Shown: in pieces, positions 39,871-49,241 of the stretch | How the letters are laid out: each line of letters begins with the position of its first letter | Position numbering within the stretch: the first letter of the stretch is position 1 | From: a virus | Lineage: Duplodnaviria; Caudoviricetes | DNA length: 64,000 bases | IMG/VR virus record: IMGVR_UViG_3300010151_000010 | Span: 14,778 to 78,777 of that record | Strand: one strand, 5' to 3' | The notes under the pieces: model-generated | Database searches by the model: none | The model's input: the letters and a program-made list of their open reading frames with translations, nothing else | What the model was told of the DNA's origin: nothing | Made by a program: the position numbers and the translations under genes

Positions 39871-40548
39871 TCAATCTAAGCGACGGTGGAGCGAGTCAAT
39901 TCGACGACCCATCACATCTCTTGTCTGTTTATCTCTCAAAACTGAAAGGGCTTGTTCCATAGCATCTGAGCCACCGTAAGCATCGTAAGACTGTCCAAGT
40001 TCTTTATCACCCATACTTCCAAACACGTCTTCTGTAAATGGTGGCTTCCAACGCATAGTGTCTAACTCACCTACTGTGTCTCCCCATGCTTGCCCCTTTT
40101 CGCCTCCCTGCGCTCTATATGGGCCAGAACCGCCCACGTCCACATAGGTAGGAGTACCATCGGGTCGCATTAACACATTATCCATATTCGCCCCTAATAC
40201 GTCCCAATTTGCTATGAGGGCTTGAGGAACAAAACCTTCCTGTAATACTCCAATATCCTTCCTGTTAGAGAGCGAGGGCTGTCTTGCCCCACTCTCAAAC
40301 TCAGTGAGCATTAACGGCATTCCTCTCTCATCTCTTTGCAGCGATGCTTTAGGTACACCCACTCCCAATTCGTGGAGATACCTATTGAAATCGAACTCGT
40401 TATCAATGTGTTTAGCGTGAGCGCCGCGCTTCACAACCACTTTCTCCCCCGAAGGGAGGGTCATTTGCACTGCTCCTGTGGAGCCGCCTAAGTATCGAGG
40501 GTCACTTGCTTGAAGATGTTCCCATGCCTTCGCTAAAGGGTCCATCAT
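39871..40548 (-). CDS. PI3/PI4-kinase/HipA-like protein-kinase-fold enzyme
   Basis: LGGSTGA Gly loop, VVKR, NE helix, LIANWDVLG..DNVL catalytic loop, YVDVGGS. Confidence 0.7.
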   Translation of the reverse strand: MMDPLAKAWEHLQASDPRYLGGSTGAVQMTLPSGEKVVVKRGAHAKHIDNEFDFNRYLHELGVGVPKASLQRDERGMPLMLTEFESGARQPSLSNRKDIGVLQEGFVPQALIANWDVLGANMDNVLMRPDGTPTYVDVGGSGPYRAQGGEKGQAWGDTVGELDTMRWKPPFTEDVFGSMGDKELGQSYDAYGGSDAMEQALSVLRDKQTRDVMGRRIDSLHRRLD

Positions 40549-41306
40549 TTATGCACCGTTGGGTTAATCGGAGTCTCGCCGTCATTATAGATATACTTGT
40601 CCTTAACTTCCGGCTTTTCCTCGCTGAATAATACATATTGATGCTCTCTTCTTCCTTTCTTACAATGGAAAGAAATTGCCGCTTTTTTGATGATTTTGAG
40701 TTCTTCACCCAACAACAACAATCTGCCAGCAGAACCTCTTGGCACGTCTTGCCATGCCCATTCGAGGATTTGTGCCTTAGTCGTCGGGGTTCCCCTCATC
40801 TCTAAGAACTTCGTGAGAGTTTTGAATCTCTTTTCCTGCATCGGCGTTAGAGGTTTTTTCGGCGTTTCGTCTATTAGACTTGAACTTGGTATAGGTATGT
40901 CTGCATTCTCGAATGCCTTGCTGATTCGAGAGTTCACGATAGCGAGTTTTTCTGAGAACTTCTTTTCCATGCTATCCACGAGAGCGATTTTCTCATCAAA
41001 AATCTGCTCCACCTTTTTCTCGACTGCTTCCGTAAGTAAATTAAGCGCGTGAGTTTCTATGTCTCTCACTATCGTATTTTGCTCTCCCTGTTGGATTTCA
41101 ACATTAAGTTCAATCGCTCCTATTTTGTCTTCTATTTCTCTCAATCTCTTGTATGCGTCTTTGCTCATATCATCACTTCTTTTCTTTATTTGTCTGTGTA
41201 GGTTCTTTACTCTCGGACTGCACTCATCGCACGTCCAGCGTTGAGACGTAAATGATATAGCACGAAATGGTTTCTCGCATTTTCGACACGTTCTTATATA
41301 TGACAT
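40545..41306 (-). CDS. Zn-finger + coiled-coil + putative winged-helix protein
   Basis: CRKC..CDEC, long heptads, C-terminal HTH-like segment. Confidence 0.55.
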   Translation of the reverse strand: MSYIRTCRKCEKPFRAISFTSQRWTCDECSPRVKNLHRQIKKRSDDMSKDAYKRLREIEDKIGAIELNVEIQQGEQNTIVRDIETHALNLLTEAVEKKVEQIFDEKIALVDSMEKKFSEKLAIVNSRISKAFENADIPIPSSSLIDETPKKPLTPMQEKRFKTLTKFLEMRGTPTTKAQILEWAWQDVPRGSAGRLLLLGEELKIIKKAAISFHCKKGRREHQYVLFSEEKPEVKDKYIYNDGETPINPTVHK

Positions 41307-41327
41307 ATATCCACCAACCTATTTTAA

Positions 41328-42044
41328 CTAATCATTCATAGAATCGAGTATTCCACTCCACATAGTATATCCAACGTCGTCATATTCGTCTTCCGCCTTC
41401 TGTATCATAGATTCGACTTTCTCAATCTGTTTTACTTGCTTCTTCTCAAGTAAAGACTCTAATTCATTCTTCGCATCTTTCTTCACCTTCTTGTTATTCA
41501 TGCAATCAGGGCAGGTCATGCGCAGTTTACCTCGTCCTTTCTGCTCTTTCTCTTGCTTACACTTCTTACAGGTATAAGCCCGTATAACAGGGTCGTAGTT
41601 CTTCAACGCCGAGACTCTTGCGATTTCGTTGCGTTGCTTCAATTGGCATACAGGGCATCTCGTAGCAAGTTTACCTCGTCCTTTCTTAGTTCCTAAAGCG
41701 GTTTCGCAATCAATGCAAGTGCCTTGTTCACGAATAATCGGTCTGAATGTCTTGACTCGATATTCAGCATTTTGCTTCTTCTTGAGTTTGGTCCGGCATT
41801 CTTCACACCGCTTGATTGTGCGCCCTTTTCCTTTCTGTGTAATTTCAGTATCGCAGTCTTCGTTCTCACAAATGCGCTTTCGCACTACGCGAGGTTTAGG
41901 CTTCCTCATTTGCTTCCTGTATTTCTTCAAGCATGATTCTTTGGCGCACATACTCGGTGCGCGTCCACGTTTCACTTCGTAAGTGAAGGATTCGTCGCAG
42001 ATTTTGCATGATAAACTCAACCCCCATACTGATTCCTTATCCAT
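41328..42044 (-). CDS. Four-repeat zinc-finger protein with basic (K/R)GRG loops
   Basis: Four CxxC-x-(K/R)G(R/K)G-x-CxxC-like units, very basic. Confidence 0.7.
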   Translation of the reverse strand: MDKESVWGLSLSCKICDESFTYEVKRGRAPSMCAKESCLKKYRKQMRKPKPRVVRKRICENEDCDTEITQKGKGRTIKRCEECRTKLKKKQNAEYRVKTFRPIIREQGTCIDCETALGTKKGRGKLATRCPVCQLKQRNEIARVSALKNYDPVIRAYTCKKCKQEKEQKGRGKLRMTCPDCMNNKKVKKDAKNELESLLEKKQVKQIEKVESMIQKAEDEYDDVGYTMWSGILDSMND

Positions 42045-42048
42045 ACAC

Positions 42049-42297
42049 TCACCGCCTCCGCTTTCTTATGTCGTCTATATATTCGAGTATCGCAGCCACT
42101 CCAGCAAAGCACCAAAACCAATCGCTATCAATATCTGAATAGCCTGTCACATTCGACAGGCTTCCAATTACTATGACTAAACCTGCTACGAGCATTCCTT
42201 CGTGTCGTATGATTCTCGGCGCTAACGCCTGTATATCTTCAACCGTTAATTCGCCATCATCATTAAAGTCGAGAAGGGCCGTAATTTTCTTTTTCAT
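42049..42297 (-). CDS. Small membrane protein with an EF-hand-like loop
   Basis: DFNDDGELTVED followed by two hydrophobic helices and a basic C-terminus. Confidence 0.6.
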   Translation of the reverse strand: MKKKITALLDFNDDGELTVEDIQALAPRIIRHEGMLVAGLVIVIGSLSNVTGYSDIDSDWFWCFAGVAAILEYIDDIRKRRR

Positions 42298-42298
42298 A

Positions 42299-42460
42299 TT
42301 ACTCTTCCTCCCCACAACTACATACAGCAATTTCATATTCACTATACCGATGACCTTCATCTATTATATCTCCACACTTATCACACTCTTCTGTACGAAA
42401 AACCCAATCAGGTAAATCATCTTCAGGATGCCATGTGCTTCTATCAGGAACTGAACGCAT
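42299..42460 (-). CDS. Small zinc-binding protein
   Basis: CDKC...CSC, GEEE end. Confidence 0.5.
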   Translation of the reverse strand: MRSVPDRSTWHPEDDLPDWVFRTEECDKCGDIIDEGHRYSEYEIAVCSCGEEE

Positions 42461-42465
42461 TATAC

Positions 42466-42759
42466 TCACTCCAACATTTCCATCAAGTCCTCGATATTGG
42501 ACTTCTGCCAACCTAATGTTCCACCTTCTGTTATGCACTCAGCACTACATCGGGTGCAAAGGAGGTGGACATTCCCAATCTCCCACATATCTGAGTTCAC
42601 TGTCGTTAGAGTCCATACGTGACCCTCGTCTCGACAGACTTCCAGATACTTCTGTATGTCTCTTTGCTTCATGAGGTCGCTTAATTTACTCGCAAGTGCT
42701 TGTCGTTCATCTGTTAGTTTTGCTATTTCTTCATCGTATTTTTTTGCCATGTTTCTCAT
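42466..42759 (-). CDS. Hypothetical protein (coiled coil + C/H motif)
   Basis: First ORF after promoter copy 4. Confidence 0.6.
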   Translation of the reverse strand: MRNMAKKYDEEIAKLTDERQALASKLSDLMKQRDIQKYLEVCRDEGHVWTLTTVNSDMWEIGNVHLLCTRCSAECITEGGTLGWQKSNIEDLMEMLE

Positions 42760-42767
42760 TCTCCTAT

Positions 42768-42790
42768 TACTATCTTCGTTTAAATACCAA
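42768..42790 (-). promoter_or_regulatory. 23-nt promoter element (copy 4)
   Basis: Exact copy. Identity extends to 38 bp (42753-42790) with copies 5 and 7. Supplies the upstream stop codon. Confidence 0.85.
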
Positions 42791-43157
42791 GATTGAGATA
42801 TGTTCTCAAATAGAGAGGACTATCATCACGTGCGCGAACGGGCGTGCGTTTTGTATAGATGCCGAGTTTCTTTGGTTTCGCTTTAACCTCGCTCGCTTTA
42901 TCCACGTTCTTATCAACATACCACTGCTCTCGCAGTTTATTTCTTCGCTCAAGTTCAGATGTGCAGTCCTCACATCTCGGTAATTTCTGATACAGACCTT
43001 GGGATTCACTCATGTAAGCGTCACTCCAGCCTGCTTCTTTCTTTGCATTTTTACATAGGCTGCCGCCTTCCCATAGAGGATGAAAACCCCCCATGTATAT
43101 GTGAATACGAGTCGGTGTCTTAGCCATATGCTCACCCTTAATCGTTTCCGCCACCAT
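42780..43157 (-). CDS. Hypothetical protein
   Basis: Coupled ORF ending inside the promoter element. Confidence 0.5.
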   Translation of the reverse strand: MVAETIKGEHMAKTPTRIHIYMGGFHPLWEGGSLCKNAKKEAGWSDAYMSESQGLYQKLPRCEDCTSELERRNKLREQWYVDKNVDKASEVKAKPKKLGIYTKRTPVRARDDSPLYLRTYLNLGI

Positions 43158-43824
43158 CTATTGTCTCATTTTCATCCTCAAACACTTCTTCATCGGCCAA
43201 GTCACTCTTTGAGAGGAACTGATTGTGGTTATACTTGTAGCCATACTTGTAGCCACGCTTGTTATTTGATTCATCTAAGACAGGCATATCATCCTCTTCT
43301 ATTGGTGAGGGTTCGACAAGCGTTGAATTGATTGGCTCAAACGTTCTGTTAATATGCGATTCTCCCGTTTCAAGTTCGCGTTCTATTCTTTCGAGGTAGT
43401 CTGATGGGGTGTGTTGTCCTTCACCGTTAGGCCATCGCTTTAGCACGAGCGAAAGAATGAAGACATTATTTTCCGACTTAGTCCTCCTGTTATTCCTCTC
43501 AAAGGTAGTAACTCTTCTTTCCGTTTTGTAATTATAACCCCACATATAGTTGCGGCTAACGTATACGTTGCCTTTTTGTTCCAAACGAAGACATATATGG
43601 AGTGATTTAGGATGCGTAGGTATCACGGGATGGCGTGGCAATTTCTTTCCATTGAGTGCGTTATTCACTTTGTGTATGTGTGATTCCTCATTCCCGAAGG
43701 CGGTCTGTTTTTGCGCCATAAGCCCTATGAACTCAGCGATTTCTTCTCGCGTTCCGCCAATACGAACTGAGTTGTGCATCTGCGGGTAGGCTATATGAGG
43801 AATGAAGTGATTATAGTGTTTCAT
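43138..43824 (-). CDS. Hypothetical protein
   Basis: 228-aa coupled ORF. Confidence 0.6.
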   Translation of the reverse strand: MKHYNHFIPHIAYPQMHNSVRIGGTREEIAEFIGLMAQKQTAFGNEESHIHKVNNALNGKKLPRHPVIPTHPKSLHICLRLEQKGNVYVSRNYMWGYNYKTERRVTTFERNNRRTKSENNVFILSLVLKRWPNGEGQHTPSDYLERIERELETGESHINRTFEPINSTLVEPSPIEEDDMPVLDESNNKRGYKYGYKYNHNQFLSKSDLADEEVFEDENETIDGGGND

Positions 43825-44051
43825 TTGCTCTTCTCCTTGTAATCAACGTGGTCTTTTGGTAATTTATGCGCTCTTCTATCCATCATGTTCTGTATCAATA
43901 CTGATACGGACTTAACCGCCTTATCAAATCTCTCGCTTGATACCTTGTCTGGACACATGGAAGAGTGTAGTTTCCGAAGGTTTATCTCGTCCGTTAAGAC
44001 GCGCAAGATTTCATACTCTGCATGACTAACGCTCGCCGCTCTTCCTCTCAT
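43821..44051 (-). CDS. Hypothetical protein
   Basis: Coupled ORF. Confidence 0.5.
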   Translation of the reverse strand: MRGRAASVSHAEYEILRVLTDEINLRKLHSSMCPDKVSSERFDKAVKSVSVLIQNMMDRRAHKLPKDHVDYKEKSK

Positions 44052-44307
44052 CCTTCTCCCTCTTCTCTTGCATGGCCTCAATCATCTCCTTCAATACCAC
44101 AATCATCTCCTTTGTTTGCGGTAGTGTGAGTCTAACTCCGTGTCGAGTGAAATGAGGTGGAGTCTTGGACATATTCATGATGCGCATATCTATCCAATCC
44201 TTGCCGTAGTATTCGATGGAGCGCAGGTGAATAACTCCCTTGTTGTCCTTCCACTTACCTTCCATGCTCGGACTCTTCCACGCTATCTCGTCACTCATGT
44301 TTCTCAC
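44026..44307 (-). CDS. PC4-like ssDNA-binding protein
   Basis: 'EYYGKDWIDMRI...FTRHGVRLT' matches the PC4 signature F/Y.GK..IDIR...T.KG..L. Confidence 0.7.
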   Translation of the reverse strand: MRNMSDEIAWKSPSMEGKWKDNKGVIHLRSIEYYGKDWIDMRIMNMSKTPPHFTRHGVRLTLPQTKEMIVVLKEMIEAMQEKREKDERKSGER

Positions 44308-44400
44308 TCCAAGTTACTCTCGTCACGTATACGCCTGTATCAATCTCAATCATATCTTCATGATACCACGCCTTTGCTTTCCAGCAGTATTTCCGTTCAC

Positions 44401-44610
44401 TCATCCCAACTTCCTCCAATCCGCTAGGTAGCAACTGCGCTTACAGTATTGATAGGTTTGGGGAATCGTGGGTGGAATCAGCCCCTTGTCGTGTAGCATA
44501 AGGGTAACGGATGAGTCATCAACAATCCTGTACCAAGCGGTGCTTTCATAGCCGCAGTGAGAACACTTTACATCGTCACTCATTTTATCTCCGCCTTCTT
44601 TATTAGTCAT
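44401..44610 (-). CDS. Small zinc-binding protein
   Basis: CSHC...YCKRSC. Confidence 0.5.
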   Translation of the reverse strand: MTNKEGGDKMSDDVKCSHCGYESTAWYRIVDDSSVTLMLHDKGLIPPTIPQTYQYCKRSCYLADWRKLG

Positions 44611-44913
44611 TCACATTTCCTCCCCTTTCAATAAACAAGCGATATATGATAATGCCTCATCCATTTCGATTGGCTCATGGTTACACCATTGGGCTTTATC
44701 CCATACCGTACACATGAGTTTACGCAATCGTTTGATTTCTGCTAAGAGAAGTGGTGCGTCTGCTATGAGTCGTGCGTCTGCACCAAACTTCAACTCAAGG
44801 TCAAGTCCTTGCTCTCCGAATCTCACCGCATGGTGTGGATTATCTGCACCCATCTTGTAAGTAGTCCACTGGTCGGCAGGTGTGTGTCCTGTATATTTGT
44901 CTGTATCAATCAT
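44611..44913 (-). CDS. MIDxDKY-family protein
   Basis: MIDTDKYTGHT...LIADAPLLLAEIKRLR. Confidence 0.7.
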   Translation of the reverse strand: MIDTDKYTGHTPADQWTTYKMGADNPHHAVRFGEQGLDLELKFGADARLIADAPLLLAEIKRLRKLMCTVWDKAQWCNHEPIEMDEALSYIACLLKGEEM

Positions 44914-45074
44914 TCCTCTTCACCTCCTTGACATTCTTCGCACAAGCCTTGCTTGTTCATGTCCTCCAATGGGTAAGCGAGGGAACACCCTAAGCAATAG
45001 CCCATGAGTATTCCTTTCTTTACTCCCTCGATGTAGTCTTCGTCGTGTCCTTCGTATTTGTCTAAGTCAATCAT
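44910..45074 (-). CDS. MIDxDKY-family protein fused to a Zn ribbon (54 aa)
   Basis: Translated by hand: MIDLDKYEGH...CLGC...CEECQGGEEE. Confidence 0.6.
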   Translation of the reverse strand: MIDLDKYEGHDEDYIEGVKKGILMGYCLGCSLAYPLEDMNKQGLCEECQGGEEE

Positions 45075-45076
45075 TC

Positions 45077-45394
45077 TCAACACCAACCCTCTTTTTCTAA
45101 TCTATCTATGTCAAGCACTTCGGATTTCTCTTCGCACTCCATACAACAGTCTGTTCCACCATAACCAGTGCGAGTGTGTTTAGGCTTCGCTCCATTCATT
45201 ATGGCTTGTTCTCTGTTACATATATCTCTAGGAGTAAAGAACCTACCCACATAGCCACCACAACCGCAAAAATATGGTTTCTCACAAAAGGGACACGATG
45301 ACATTTCTTCATCACATTTTATGCACCAATAGACTTTCTTAGGTTCTTCTTTAGGTTCTTCTTTAGGTTCTTCTTTCTTCTTCCAAAATCTCAT
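45077..45394 (-). CDS. Cys-rich hypothetical protein
   Basis: (KEEP)x3 N-terminus, multiple CxxC. Confidence 0.6.
   Translation of the reverse strand: MRFWKKKEEPKEEPKEEPKKVYWCIKCDEEMSSCPFCEKPYFCGCGGYVGRFFTPRDICNREQAIMNGAKPKHTRTGYGGTDCCMECEEKSEVLDIDRLEKEGWC
45339..45374. repeat. 3 x 12-bp in-frame tandem repeat (ttaggttcttct)
   Basis: Direct reading, encodes KEEP repeats. Confidence 0.9.
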
Positions 45395-45398
45395 TCAA

Positions 45399-45671
45399 TC
45401 ACCATTCCTCGCATAGAATTGTTGCCGAATCCTCGCCACCCTCGTTCTCATATATGAAATAGCGACCATATTCGTCACACCAATCATACCCAGCAGCACG
45501 AAGGACATGCCCACTCACAATAGTGACCCCTAACACATCAGCAATTTCTTGACATATTTTGTATTCTTTCTTAACCGACACCTCACCTAATTTGTCATCG
45601 CATCTAACCTCGTTGAGATATGATTGCGCGGTTATCTTCAACAACCGTATCAATTCACCCTTTGTCGCCAT
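45399..45671 (-). CDS. Hypothetical protein
   Basis: GGTGA RBS. Confidence 0.6.
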   Translation of the reverse strand: MATKGELIRLLKITAQSYLNEVRCDDKLGEVSVKKEYKICQEIADVLGVTIVSGHVLRAAGYDWCDEYGRYFIYENEGGEDSATILCEEW

Positions 45672-45675
45672 TCAA

Positions 45676-45990
45676 TCACCGTTCCTCAGTTGTCTTTTGT
45701 TGTTGAGGGCAACACTCATGATTACCACAACCACAACACTCATCCAAACAGCATTCGCGTTGTTTGCGTTCTTCTTCATCTCCTAGCATCTCTCTTATTT
45801 TCTCGATTACTTTGGTCAGGTAGTAAATCTGAACATACACTTTCTCATCTTGAAGTTGCCATAATGGGGTGTCTAACTCAGCGAGCAATTCCTCATAACC
45901 CTCATCGGTGAGAAGGTACTCTATGACTTGATTATCTTCAAAGCGGAAGCGTCTTGACCGACCGAACGAAGTTTCATCAGCCCTACTCAT
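45676..45990 (-). CDS. Hypothetical protein with a Cys-rich tail
   Basis: Coupled ORF. Confidence 0.55.
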   Translation of the reverse strand: MSRADETSFGRSRRFRFEDNQVIEYLLTDEGYEELLAELDTPLWQLQDEKVYVQIYYLTKVIEKIREMLGDEEERKQRECCLDECCGCGNHECCPQQQKTTEER

Positions 45991-47432
45991 TCCTCTTCCC
46001 CCTTCATCACAGCGTAGTCGAACGGAGCAAGGAGCGAGATAATCTCGTCCAATACTTCATCTCGTCTATCGTCGTTCAATAATTCCCCACCATCATCCCT
46101 ATGTGTTAAGGCCACTATATCACTCATTACCTTATGATAGGTTTCTAACTCAGTGAAAATCTTGGGGAGATTTCTCAACACGTGCCACGCTTGCGGCTCG
46201 GTATTTTCTTTGTGATACAACCTCACCTCCACTTCTGGTTTTGGGAACCACCTATGCAAATCTTGATGGTAATCATGGCCGACGCTGAACGCTCCGCTAT
46301 CGTATGTGTCTAAGGATGGTAAATCGAAGGAAAATCCATCAGCATTTTTCTCTATATCTAACTGACGCGAGTTAGATGATGATGAAAACCACACCTCTAT
46401 GATTAGAGAGTCGAGCAAATCACCAAATCCTTCATAATTGAGGTAGGCAATTGCTTCTGATTGGATTCGCTCGTATTCCCTCTTATACTCCTTGAACATT
46501 GGTGTCTTTCGATAGAGATTGTAAATCTGAGTGTGATTCATTTGGTCGATGCCGTATTTCTTCTTAACAGAATACATGGGATGGAGGTCGTTCCACCACG
46601 CTTGAAATATCCTATCCGGTGAGGTGTAATAATTTTGGAACTTCGTTTTGAATAAGACTGTTGTAATGTGTCTATCTTTCTTACTTTCACTTTCGTTAAT
46701 TTGAATTAACACGTTCCTTAAGTCATCGTGAGCCTTCACGACAAAATCAGAAGCGATAGTGTCTGCAATCATTTCTATTAGACCTACTACGCCGTCATTC
46801 AAATTATCCGCCGCCCATTGTTCGGCAGTAAAGAGGCCCGTCAGTAAATGCCCCGTATCTTCTGATGTTATGTTCTCATATCCACTTGCTCCAAGAGAGA
46901 TTGCCGCAGTATAGTGTGGGGAATTAACTTCTATTCCTACTTCTTCCAATTTACTAAGGGATATCTGCCTTCTTTTAGGGCGCACTATGTGGAGTTTATT
47001 GTCTTCTATGAATTGATTACTTGCGTTTAGTATTTCCAATGCACTGTATCTCCCTGTTCCTACATTCCCAAACGATAGGGCAGACGGGCATGTTACCTCA
47101 TCCATGTGAAGATTATTATGTGCAGATGGCAACAGGCTTACACCCTTCTCTCCATCCCATAGTCTCTCTTGCGTTTGATGCACGGCGTTGAACTTCTCCG
47201 CCAATATAGGAATCATATCAATGAACTTATTGAATCCACCTTCGCTATCGAAGTATAGACCAGCACGCCTGCCGGTAATTAGATTAAGTGGATGCAAAAC
47301 TACATCGTTGCATAAAGCCTTATTTCGAGGCTTAGAGCATGACTTATCGGTAAATGCTAATCCACTTGGAGCCACTGAAAGGAAGGCTCGTATGGCTTCC
47401 CATTCGTCATCGCTAAGAGTATTCATTTTCAT
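45987..47432 (-). CDS. Hypothetical protein (481 aa)
   Basis: Long ORF with no recognised motif. Confidence 0.7.
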   Translation of the reverse strand: MKMNTLSDDEWEAIRAFLSVAPSGLAFTDKSCSKPRNKALCNDVVLHPLNLITGRRAGLYFDSEGGFNKFIDMIPILAEKFNAVHQTQERLWDGEKGVSLLPSAHNNLHMDEVTCPSALSFGNVGTGRYSALEILNASNQFIEDNKLHIVRPKRRQISLSKLEEVGIEVNSPHYTAAISLGASGYENITSEDTGHLLTGLFTAEQWAADNLNDGVVGLIEMIADTIASDFVVKAHDDLRNVLIQINESESKKDRHITTVLFKTKFQNYYTSPDRIFQAWWNDLHPMYSVKKKYGIDQMNHTQIYNLYRKTPMFKEYKREYERIQSEAIAYLNYEGFGDLLDSLIIEVWFSSSSNSRQLDIEKNADGFSFDLPSLDTYDSGAFSVGHDYHQDLHRWFPKPEVEVRLYHKENTEPQAWHVLRNLPKIFTELETYHKVMSDIVALTHRDDGGELLNDDRRDEVLDEIISLLAPFDYAVMKGEEE

Positions 47433-47458
47433 TCCTCTTCATCTCCTTTATCCCTTCT

Positions 47459-47884
47459 TCATATCCGCGGACTGTAACCTAACACTTCTTCAATCAATTC
47501 TTCGTGAGTTAAGTTAATACATCTGTCAATAATTTGCTCACCCGTTGCAGGTGCAATTGATTGTCCTACAATCGCTTCCTTGAGTTCCATGTATTTCTCA
47601 CGGAACTCGGTCAGTTGCTTGACTTCTGCGTGTAGGTCTAAGCATTTACAATCTTCAAAAGCATACTCCAAGACTGAAAAAGTATTCTCCAAGACTGAAC
47701 GCAACCGCTTCACTTCTTCAAGGAGAAGTGGTGAGTCTGCTATGAGGGAAGAGTCATTACCGGAAATGTTGGTAGCCACGATTGTTTTACCCACTACAAC
47801 ATCAGTCGTGCGATAATCATTCGCTTTTGCTACAACCCTCCACGGCCCTTCCGTGTGTCCTTTGTATTTGTCTAAGTCAATCAT
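47459..47884 (-). CDS. MIDxDKY-family protein
   Basis: MIDLDKYKGHTEGPW...LIADSPLLLEEVKRLR. Confidence 0.7.
   Translation of the reverse strand: MIDLDKYKGHTEGPWRVVAKANDYRTTDVVVGKTIVATNISGNDSSLIADSPLLLEEVKRLRSVLENTFSVLEYAFEDCKCLDLHAEVKQLTEFREKYMELKEAIVGQSIAPATGEQIIDRCINLTHEELIEEVLGYSPRI
47840..47884. repeat. 45-bp exact repeat, copy 1 (copy 2 at 48466-48510)
   Basis: ccacggcccttccgtgtgtcctttgtatttgtctaagtcaatcat. Confidence 0.95.
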
Positions 47885-48144
47885 CCCGTCACCTCCACGC
47901 CATTGACGCTGAAACATTCCGTAATCTGCTCAATGGTTGGTAGGTCGTCGTCGTCGTCGCTAGAAGACCAACGTATAGCATGAATGTCCTCAATAAGTAT
48001 ATCAATATCCCCACTCTCTTGCGAACCTAACTCCCTGTAATTTGCACTAAACCAACCTATACGGCCATCACTCATAGTGAACTTGTATTGCCTGAAATAT
48101 GTGATGTCAATTATCTCATTGTACAAATCGTATTCTATTTTCAT
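47881..48144 (-). CDS. Hypothetical protein
   Basis: Coupled ORF between the two 45-bp repeats. Confidence 0.6.
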   Translation of the reverse strand: MKIEYDLYNEIIDITYFRQYKFTMSDGRIGWFSANYRELGSQESGDIDILIEDIHAIRWSSSDDDDDLPTIEQITECFSVNGVEVTG

Positions 48145-48516
48145 TCAATCACCATCTCCGTATTTGTATGGTTCATCTTCCCACCCAATATCTTCATCAA
48201 TTGCTTCATACATTTCTTTGTCATAGTGGGAAATGTAATCACCCAACCTGCACCAATCATCTTCCCACTTCTTGATTGCTTTACGCAATCGCTTGATTTC
48301 TGCAAGGAGAAGTGGTGCGTCTGCTATGAGTTTGAGGTCAGGGTTCATTGTGAGGTTAGGGTCGCCATTCGGCCTAGTTATTAACACTATGAACTCATCT
48401 CGGTCAGGGTCGTTCCGTTCATGGATAGCCGCAAGTGTCCAACCATCATCATCGGTATTGTATTCCCACGGCCCTTCCGTGTGTCCTTTGTATTTGTCTA
48501 AGTCAATCATTTTCAT
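48145..48516 (-). CDS. MIDxDKY-family protein
   Basis: MIDLDKYKGHTEGPW...LIADAPLLLAEIKRLRK. Confidence 0.7.
   Translation of the reverse strand: MKMIDLDKYKGHTEGPWEYNTDDDGWTLAAIHERNDPDRDEFIVLITRPNGDPNLTMNPDLKLIADAPLLLAEIKRLRKAIKKWEDDWCRLGDYISHYDKEMYEAIDEDIGWEDEPYKYGDGD
48466..48510. repeat. 45-bp exact repeat, copy 2
   Basis: Identical to 47840-47884. Confidence 0.95.
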
Positions 48517-49241
48517 TCCTCTTCATCTCTTGACTCTTCGCAGTAAGTTCCCCATAACCAAGGCGGAACTCTTACTTCATTGATTGAAGAGCCTACACCT
48601 ACGCCTATTTTGCCCGCATCCAAATATGCTACCATCTCTTCTCGGCTCAAGGCAATATAGCACCTTTCTTTGGCCCTAAACCGCATGAAGTATCTATCTC
48701 CCATCAGTAAGTGGTAGTCGTCGGGGTCAATCACTATCTGCTCGCCTGTGTTTGGGTTGAGTGCTTTGTAGCCCCATATTTCGATGGACTTAGTCTCGCC
48801 ATCATCGAGAAGAATCTCCCTATTTTCGATATATTCCGGCCACAGATTTTCCAGCCCCATATCCATAAGCAAAGTTCCATCCTTGTCGGCCCATCCTTTA
48901 GCGACCTCTCTCTTCATTGTGACCTCTTGGAGGTAAGCCTCTTCTGCCGTTTCCGGTAGCGGTAGTATAGCCACATCGTCATCCAATACGGTGACTCCCG
49001 CATCCCACATCAACGTCTTCATTCTATCGTGATTCTCTCTCACTTCATCGCTCTCTATCATGGATTGTAGTCGCCACTTGTTTTCTGTTTCCTTGATATA
49101 TGTCAGCCCACTTCCTTCGGGCATCCATAGACCGCCTACACTCATTTGTGCAAAGTGTTCCTTCGCCCATTCTATCAGTTCTTTCGTTGGTTTCCATTGT
49201 TCATTCATTTCATTCATCTCCTTGTAACCATCAATCCTCAA
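48513..49241 (-). CDS. Hypothetical protein
   Basis: Coupled ORF. Confidence 0.65.
   Translation of the reverse strand: MRIDGYKEMNEMNEQWKPTKELIEWAKEHFAQMSVGGLWMPEGSGLTYIKETENKWRLQSMIESDEVRENHDRMKTLMWDAGVTVLDDDVAILPLPETAEEAYLQEVTMKREVAKGWADKDGTLLMDMGLENLWPEYIENREILLDDGETKSIEIWGYKALNPNTGEQIVIDPDDYHLLMGDRYFMRFRAKERCYIALSREEMVAYLDAGKIGVGVGSSINEVRVPPWLWGTYCEESRDEEE

Noticed and set aside
43230-43256. Short 12-bp duplication encoding GYKYGYKY
   Set aside because: Two copies only, an ordinary in-frame slippage
44611-48516. MIDxDKY repeats as diversity-generating retroelement TR/VR pairs
   Set aside because: No reverse transcriptase in the window. The repeats are short, lie at gene starts or mid-gene, and the few mismatches are not clearly adenine-specific.
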